Of a stretch of DNA of 64,000 nucleotides, positions 58,201 through 64,000 are shown piece after piece. The stretch lies in contig CAJINV010000005.1 of the NCBI GenBank assembly GCA_905178155.1, positions 1,700,438 to 1,764,437 of the forward strand, in the 5' to 3' direction. Position 1 is the stretch's first letter. Every line of letters begins with the position of its first letter. Source of the stretch: Amoebophrya sp. A120 (taxonomy: Eukaryota; Protista; Dinoflagellata). Below the pieces are notes generated by a model. That model was not told the origin of the DNA, did not search any database, and saw only the letters and a list, made by a program, of their open reading frames with translations. The position numbers were made by a program, and so were the translations under genes.

Positions 58201-61200
58201 TGATTTGTGACAACAAATCTGCATCACAGATTTCCGTTTTGATATGGGGGGGGATTTTTCCTTTTGATACATGGGCGTGCCCAGCTTTTTCCGTGCTTCC
58301 TCCTTCATGGTTTCGTGGAACCGGGGGTCCAGGTTCGCCTTCTGGTTGAATAAAACCATCGACTTCTGCACGAAGTCGTCCCGGAGGGAGGTTAAAGCGC
58401 GGTGGAATTCCAGGTCGATCATGTCGGTTGAGAGAGATTCGTCGGACTTGATCGTGTCTTGCAGCCGCTTGATGAAGCCGTTGGTCGTGGTCTGACACTG
58501 GGCCCGGAACCCGTCGTTGTCTTCCTCCATAATCAACTGCGTCGTCTGCTTCGCCAGTTCGTACAGATCCTTCCTCGCCTCGATCTCCTGGATCGTCTTG
58601 TAATGCAACAAGTTGTGCCCAAACCGGACCAAGGTGTCCCACACGTGGCAGGTGTGGCTGTACCACTGCTCGAGGTTCTCCCACACATTCTCCATATCCG
58701 GCGACTCAAACATCTCGAAAATGGAGGACCGCAGCGCAAGGACTTCCTGGGAGAAGAGTTCCGGCGTCCACTGTGTGGCGTTCTCAAATGTTACACTCTC
58801 AACTGTTACAGGATTTGTCATGCAAAATGAGCATCAACATCCACACAATGAAGCTGCCTCGCATGACAAATATTGGAAGGGCTAAACAGCATGGGAATCT
58901 GTGCTGCCGAATTTGTAATGCAAGAGTTGCAAGATGCGGCCTTTCCTTGTTGCCATTCTTGCATCACAAATTCATGTAACAGTTGAGAATGTAACAATTG
59001 AGAACGCCATACACTGGACCTCCACGTTGTGTTTCCGCACCGTGACGTAGGCGGAGGGCAGGAGGTACATCTATCCTGTGCAAAAGCATCGTGCTCGTAC
59101 TAATTGCAGTTATGCATGACGAATTTCCTCTCCAGGGTAAAACAGCATGACAAATTCAATTTTTCATGCTGAGAAAATTTGGAATGCAATTTGTATTAGT
59201 ACGATGCTTTTGCAATGCACAACACCGCCGTGTCGTCGATTTTGATCAAGTCGTCCAGCGCGATGCCCAACTTCCCGGCGGACTCATGCAGGTGGTTTTT
59301 CATCGTGGCCAGCATCTGCCGGTGCACCTCCACGGACCGGTCCTGCTGGTCGCGCAACACAAACCCGATCTTCGGCCGGTTCTTGTTGATCTTCAGGTGC
59401 CGCATCGCAAAGAGACAGATCTCGATCAGGTCCTGCAATTGCCGGGAGAGCTCCCCCTTGTGGTTGATCAGGACGACATGCGAGCAGTTGAGACACATCA
59501 GCGTCATTTGCCCGTCAAAGATGTCCCCGCGGGAAGAATCGGAGACCCCGAGCAAACCCTCGGAATCCAACACGAGTATTGCGTACTCCTGGTTTTTAGA
59601 CGCCGAGCTACTTCCTGCTGCATTCGATTTGTTGGTGAAAAAGACGCTCGCGTACAGCCCACACGTGCATCTCCCGGCGGAAACGGCGAACTCAGACCCG
59701 AACAGGAAGTTCATGAGCGTGGATTTTGCGGAACTCTGCGCGCCGATGACGGAGATGACGCGGAGTTTCCTTTTGCTCGTCGGCGACAGAAGTTCCTCTT
59801 GGTCCAAATCCCGCAACACGTTCGCCAAAAACGCCTGGCTAGAGATGGCCAGCGGGTTGCCGGCGAGCAGCTGCATGGGGGCGCCGCGACGGGTGACCAG
59901 GTCGCCGTAGGCGAGTCGCGCCTTCTCCAGTTGCGTCCTGTTATTGTTGTTGTTGAGCAGGACTGTTTATTTTTCAGGTCTAGTAGTTCGACTTTCTGAT
60001 CATGCATGGAGCGCCTCACAACAAGAAGTACTATCGCACAAGAATGCCTAGTAGTACACTGCATCATGACAACGAAGATCATGAATTATCTGTAAGCAAA
60101 TCTTGAAGTACCCGCACATACAGAACGCGGGGCAAAGGGGCAAGCGCGGCGCGCAACAGAGGCAACATGCGCAGAACTCGCATGCTGGGTGTGGTAGTTG
60201 CTTGGGCATCTTCCACCCGGTGGGCGTTGGTGGGCGAAGTAGAAAGAGCTACAAAATAGAAGTCGGCGCACCTTTTGTAATGCGGCAAAAGCACGATCGG
60301 TGTGGGGCGCGTGTAAACATGCCGCGCACGCGGAAAACATATCAACCAAATGCAGTCCAAGTAGAACTGTCATCATTCATGTGCGTGGGATATGAATACT
60401 TAAATCCAATTTATATATACCATATTGCCGGCTGCTTTTTCGCATTCCCGGGATATCCCAAGTCGATTGCGCATTGGTAGAACATCTGTATCTCATTCCA
60501 GAACGATTCCATACCCGTAAAATCCTCGGACCCCGCTTCTAGCCTCGCCGCAAACGTTTTTATCCTGTCTATTACAGTGAAAAGTGCCCCCCACACCCAA
60601 AGTTGCAAAAATTTGTGATGCGAAGTTTCCAAATGAAAACTTTTTGTCATGCATGAAAGGAGTATGAATCTCTCTGATGCAGAGTCTAGTCGTGTTTCGC
60701 ATCGCTTGCATGACAAGCACCGCTCTTGCTGGGATCTTTTGCAATAAAAATTTTTGCTATTCGCGATCGGGAATCTGTGATGCTGATACATGCAAGAGGG
60801 CGAATGTATCATTTGGAAAGGTTTGCAATACAAATTCTTTCAAGTTCGGGGGTGGGGGCATTTTTCATTGTAATACTGTCCACTTGTGCTTTTGACACGA
60901 TGGCTTTCGCCAGTTTCGTGTTATGAACTGCAAAAGTATCGTACTCGTATTGCAGTCATGCATTAGAAATCTTCTTTTTAAGGTAAATCCACATTTTATT
61001 TCTCATGCTGGGGAAATTTGTAATGCATTTTTATACGAGTACGATAGTTTTGCGGTTCATACGTGTTCTTCACCAACAATCTGCCAATTTTCTGGTCGTC
61101 TTTGGCTAGGAGCAGCTTTTCCAGAAAGAACAACGTGAGGTGGTCCAACCCCTTCAGGAAGTACTTCTCTCGGTTTTTCTGCAGCGTGCTGCTTTTGTCC

Positions 61201-64000
61201 GCGAGTTTCTGCGCAAGTTCGATGTGCTCTTGCATCTCGCTGGACTTCTGCCAGGACAGGTTCCGCTCCTGTTCTTCTGCCAGTTTCAGCTTTTCCAGGA
61301 TCTCCTGCATGCCAAATTGCGGCTTTATCTTCGCGACGGAGTTCTGCATCTCCTGTCGCAGCTGCAGCTCGAAAATTTGCTGGCTCTCCTCGAACTTCGC
61401 CTGCAGATCTAAGTGCGACGTATCATATGCAAAAGTGTCTGGGTCTGGAAAGTTGCAACTTGTCATGCTAAATCTGAATCATGCAAAAAATGTGTGCTGC
61501 ATAATTTTGATTACCAACAGCCGTCCCTTTTATACCAAGTCGAGAGGGAATTTCTCAGGCAGGATAGGCATGATAGACATCTCACAAAATTTGTCATGCT
61601 AGGTGCTGCACTCCAGACCTCATGGGCCATAGAAAACCTGCATGACAAATCTGGCATCCTTCCAGACCCAGACATTTTTACATTTGATACGACGGGATGT
61701 CCGGCCACTTCTTTTCCACAAACGCCGCGGTGTGCATATGGATCGTAAAAATGTCTGGGTCTGGAAGAATTCATGTTTGTCATGCTTGTCTGGCATGACT
61801 CTTAAACCTGTCATGCACGTTACCCAAGAGCTCCGTTTTTCTGTGACGCAGAAGCGCAGTTTGTCATGCAGAATAGGCAACACCTAGGAGCTCAGAAACT
61901 TGTCATGCTGAGCCAGCATTTGTAGCCTCATCATGAGACGCCACCCAGCATCACAAGTTTCCAGACCCAAACATTTTTACATTTGATAGTGCAGAGCCTG
62001 CGCCAACTCCTGACGGAACTGCTTCACGACGGCGTTCGCCTTCGCTTGCGATCGGAAGTTACTCATGTTCTCCAGCAGGATCACCGTTGCTGGGCCGGCC
62101 TGTGCAGCAGCCGCACTTGTGCCATTTTTTCCGCCTCCTGCTTTAGTTCCGTTCGGATTTGAGGAAGAGCTGGAGCCGCCGCCTTGCTGCAGTAATTTCG
62201 GATTCTTTTTCAGCACTTTCTGCAGAAGCGGATTCTGCGTTGCCGGGTCAAAATCCCGCCAAACGACCACGCTGGCCTTCGGCAGACTGGATATCAACAG
62301 CGGCGCCAAAACCTCCCCCGTCTCCGGGTCAAAGTCGTTCGCGTCCACGTGCAAGCAGAGTAACGCCTTGTCCACCAACGTGTCGACGACGGCGGAAAAG
62401 TCCGGGCTGTCTACCACCCCCCTTGACGCCTGTGCGACGCTTCCGCGGAACTCCTGCAATTTTTGCTTTCGCAGCTCCGCGGCCTGTTTCCTTTCCGCCT
62501 CCGTCTGCTCGGTTGCAGAAGTTGCTGGTGCACCAGCAGTTTCGGTGCTGACATCGTTCACAAAGCTACTCACGTCGTACACCAATCGCGCGTCCTGGTG
62601 CGAGTGCACGTCCGCAATCCAGAGGTCCAGTCCTGGGACCAGACTGCTGCACGCCGCCAGGTCGATGCTACCTCGGTGCACAAGGGACCCTTTGGTCAAG
62701 TCATCGGACGCGACCAGCATGCCGGAGTGGGCGTTGGTTTGCGAAATCAAGGACGCATTGGTCAGTTCTGCCTGCTGTAACAACTGCGTCTTCCCGACCG
62801 CAGTGCCGTGCCAAACCAGTAACTTTGGTTTCGCGGTTTTGTTCTGCTCCTTCGTTTTCACTACTTTCGCCGTTTGCAGGTAAAGCATGGAGTCCCAGTT
62901 TACCAAGGTCGCGTTAAACAGCGGTCGCTTCGGCGGGAGAGCTGGACCGTCCGCCGAAACGGGCTCGATCGCTAGTTGCTGCTGCTCCACGATTTTTGTC
63001 TTCGTCGAAAGGCTGGTCAGCTGGGTTAAGGTGGTTTTCTGGTGCGCGGCAACCGGCCAGCAGAGCGGCACGATGCTGTTGCCCTGGCAAAGCAGCGCGA
63101 TCAAATGCCCCAGCTCGTCCGGTGGAGAGCCGAGGAGGAGACCGATCACGATGTCCTTCGGGGTGATGTCTTGGCAAAACCTTGTGTATTTTCTTGTAGT
63201 AGTGTTGGGTACGATAGTGATCTGATGGGATACGGCGATTGGAAAATGCATGACCAAGGTGAAAGTGCATGATCCCCTGCTTACCGCTGATTTCGATTTT
63301 CTGGTTGTAGTAAGTCTAACATGATCATGTGAAAAACATATACTCCGGCAGTGCCCCTTCCTCTGCTGCCTGCGCGAACAGATCCACAAGATGCGAGAGG
63401 GAATGCTTGCGCAGCAGGCTGTCGCACACGAACTGCCGCAGGTCGCTTTCGGGTGCGAACAGCGCGACTTTGCTCCCGTCCGCGCGGCTGCCGTTTGCGC
63501 GTCGTCGGTAGGCCTCGAGTTGCCGTATACCCTCGACATCCAGCTCGGAAAGGGAGATTAGGGAGGGGGTGCTGTGAAATGAAATGTAGATTCGTTTGTG
63601 CATTTGATGTCGATCATGTCATACAACTTATGATCATGCCTATCAACTGAGGCGCATCTGAAATATTGTGTTTCCGTACTAGTTTACTCTGCTCGTCCTG
63701 CAGTGCAACTTCTATTGCAAACGACCGACCCGCAAGATTTTTGGTTATTTATCAGCGCACAACATGTGGGCATCACTAGCAGTTTCCGTACCCCTTCGTC
63801 GGCAGAGCCTCCGGGTCGAGCGAGAACAACTCGGAAAATTGCGCCACGGTCTCGAGCTGTTGCCGGAAATCCGCATCTTGCTTCCGCTGCATGTCCTTGA
63901 GCTTACTAACGTGAGCGGCCTGCGCCTTCTGGATCTCCGGGCTGCCCGCATTCCGCCTCTTCCCCCCACCAAAAAGCCCAAAGCAAACCATCCTCCTGCT
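52285..64000 (-). CDS. VLIG-type very large GTPase (GVIN1/URGCP-like); 5' end lies beyond the window
   Basis: G domain at about 59222-59930: VISVIGAQSSAKSTLMNFLFGSEFAVSAGRCT, LDSEGL, FDGQMTL, INHKGE, FVLRDQ. C-terminal GCSARCPLCGSKC...HRCTHH motif. 13 TIR introns plus several GT-AG introns. Confidence 0.8.
53314..53512. mobile_element. TIR intron element, family B, degenerate
   Basis: TSD gatag/gattc; restores VDRI|PETAEF. Confidence 0.7.
54542..54868. mobile_element. TIR intron element with mixed C/D-type termini
   Basis: tatcaaagtgaaaaaagcccccacccca...tggggagggggcatttttcattgtaata; TSD tgatg. Confidence 0.88.
54932..55081. mobile_element. TIR intron element, family B
   Basis: Family B TIR; TSD ggcct. 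Confidence 0.9.
56395..56545. mobile_element. TIR intron element, family B
   Basis: Family B TIR; TSD gccgc. Confidence 0.9.
56761..57002. mobile_element. TIR intron element, old family-B-like
   Basis: TAT...ATA ends; TSD ggtga/cgtaa; restores WTHFT|SVLNQY. Confidence 0.7.
57060..57283. mobile_element. TIR intron element, family E
   Basis: Family E TIR; TSD aggga/aagga. Confidence 0.88.
57333..58269. mobile_element. TIR intron element with family C termini, expanded by a nested insertion
   Basis: TSD catgg; the two outer halves are collinear with 54542-54868. Confidence 0.88.
57470..58083. mobile_element. Nested 614-bp insertion with a 15-bp TSD (retroposon-like)
   Basis: Flanked by gcaatttgtcatgct at 57455-57469 and 58084-58098; no TIR; its end sequence taacagact..gcgc.ac..agcccggg recurs at 1867. 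Confidence 0.8.
58774..59011. mobile_element. TIR intron element, family E (left end TGT)
   Basis: Family E TIR; TSD cactg. Confidence 0.9.
59072..59221. mobile_element. TIR intron element, family B (right end ACA)
   Basis: Family B TIR; TSD acatc/acacc. Confidence 0.85.
60570..60875. mobile_element. TIR intron element, family D
   Basis: Near-copy of 34012-34316; TSD ctgtc. Confidence 0.9.
60922..61061. mobile_element. TIR intron element, family B
   Basis: Family B TIR; TSD cgtgt. Confidence 0.9.
61421..61689. mobile_element. TIR intron element, family A1 (reverse orientation)
   Basis: Relative of 4289-4554; TSD cgacg. Confidence 0.9.
61737..61988. mobile_element. TIR intron element, family A2
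   Basis: Near-copy of 17447-17701; TSD gtgca. Confidence 0.9.

Noticed and set aside
4438-61887. Many short ORFs sharing peptides such as FQTQTFLHLI, KMSGSGR, PDPDIF, CKSIVLV and GGGIFHCN
   Set aside because: They are different reading frames of the same TIR DNA, not a protein domain.

Overview
Eukaryotic genomic DNA with about 8 protein-coding genes, all on the minus strand. They encode exportin-2/CSE1, a RING-finger protein, a large coiled-coil protein with an ShKT domain, an OSCA/TMEM63-like membrane protein, two low-complexity proteins, a small secreted Cys-rich protein and a VLIG/GVIN1-type very large GTPase. The dominant feature is a dense invasion of coding exons by about 56 short MITE-like elements (mostly 140-370 bp) from at least 9 sequence families. 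Nearly all have terminal inverted repeats (TIRs) reading TAT...ATA and a 5-bp target-site duplication (TSD). Removing the element plus one TSD copy restores the reading frame wherever I checked, usually without GT-AG ends and in either element orientation, so they behave as non-canonical introns. Ordinary GT-AG introns occur in the same genes. This matches the inverted-repeat/direct-repeat 'introners' described in the parasitic syndinian dinoflagellate Amoebophrya; the organism assignment is an inference. Further observations: a motif shared by most families (TGTCATGC/GCATGACA); a second element family inserted twice into that motif; one introner inserted into the end of another; a hAT-like element; and a foldback-like repeat element. 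No transposase, RNA gene or CRISPR array was found. All coordinates were counted by hand.
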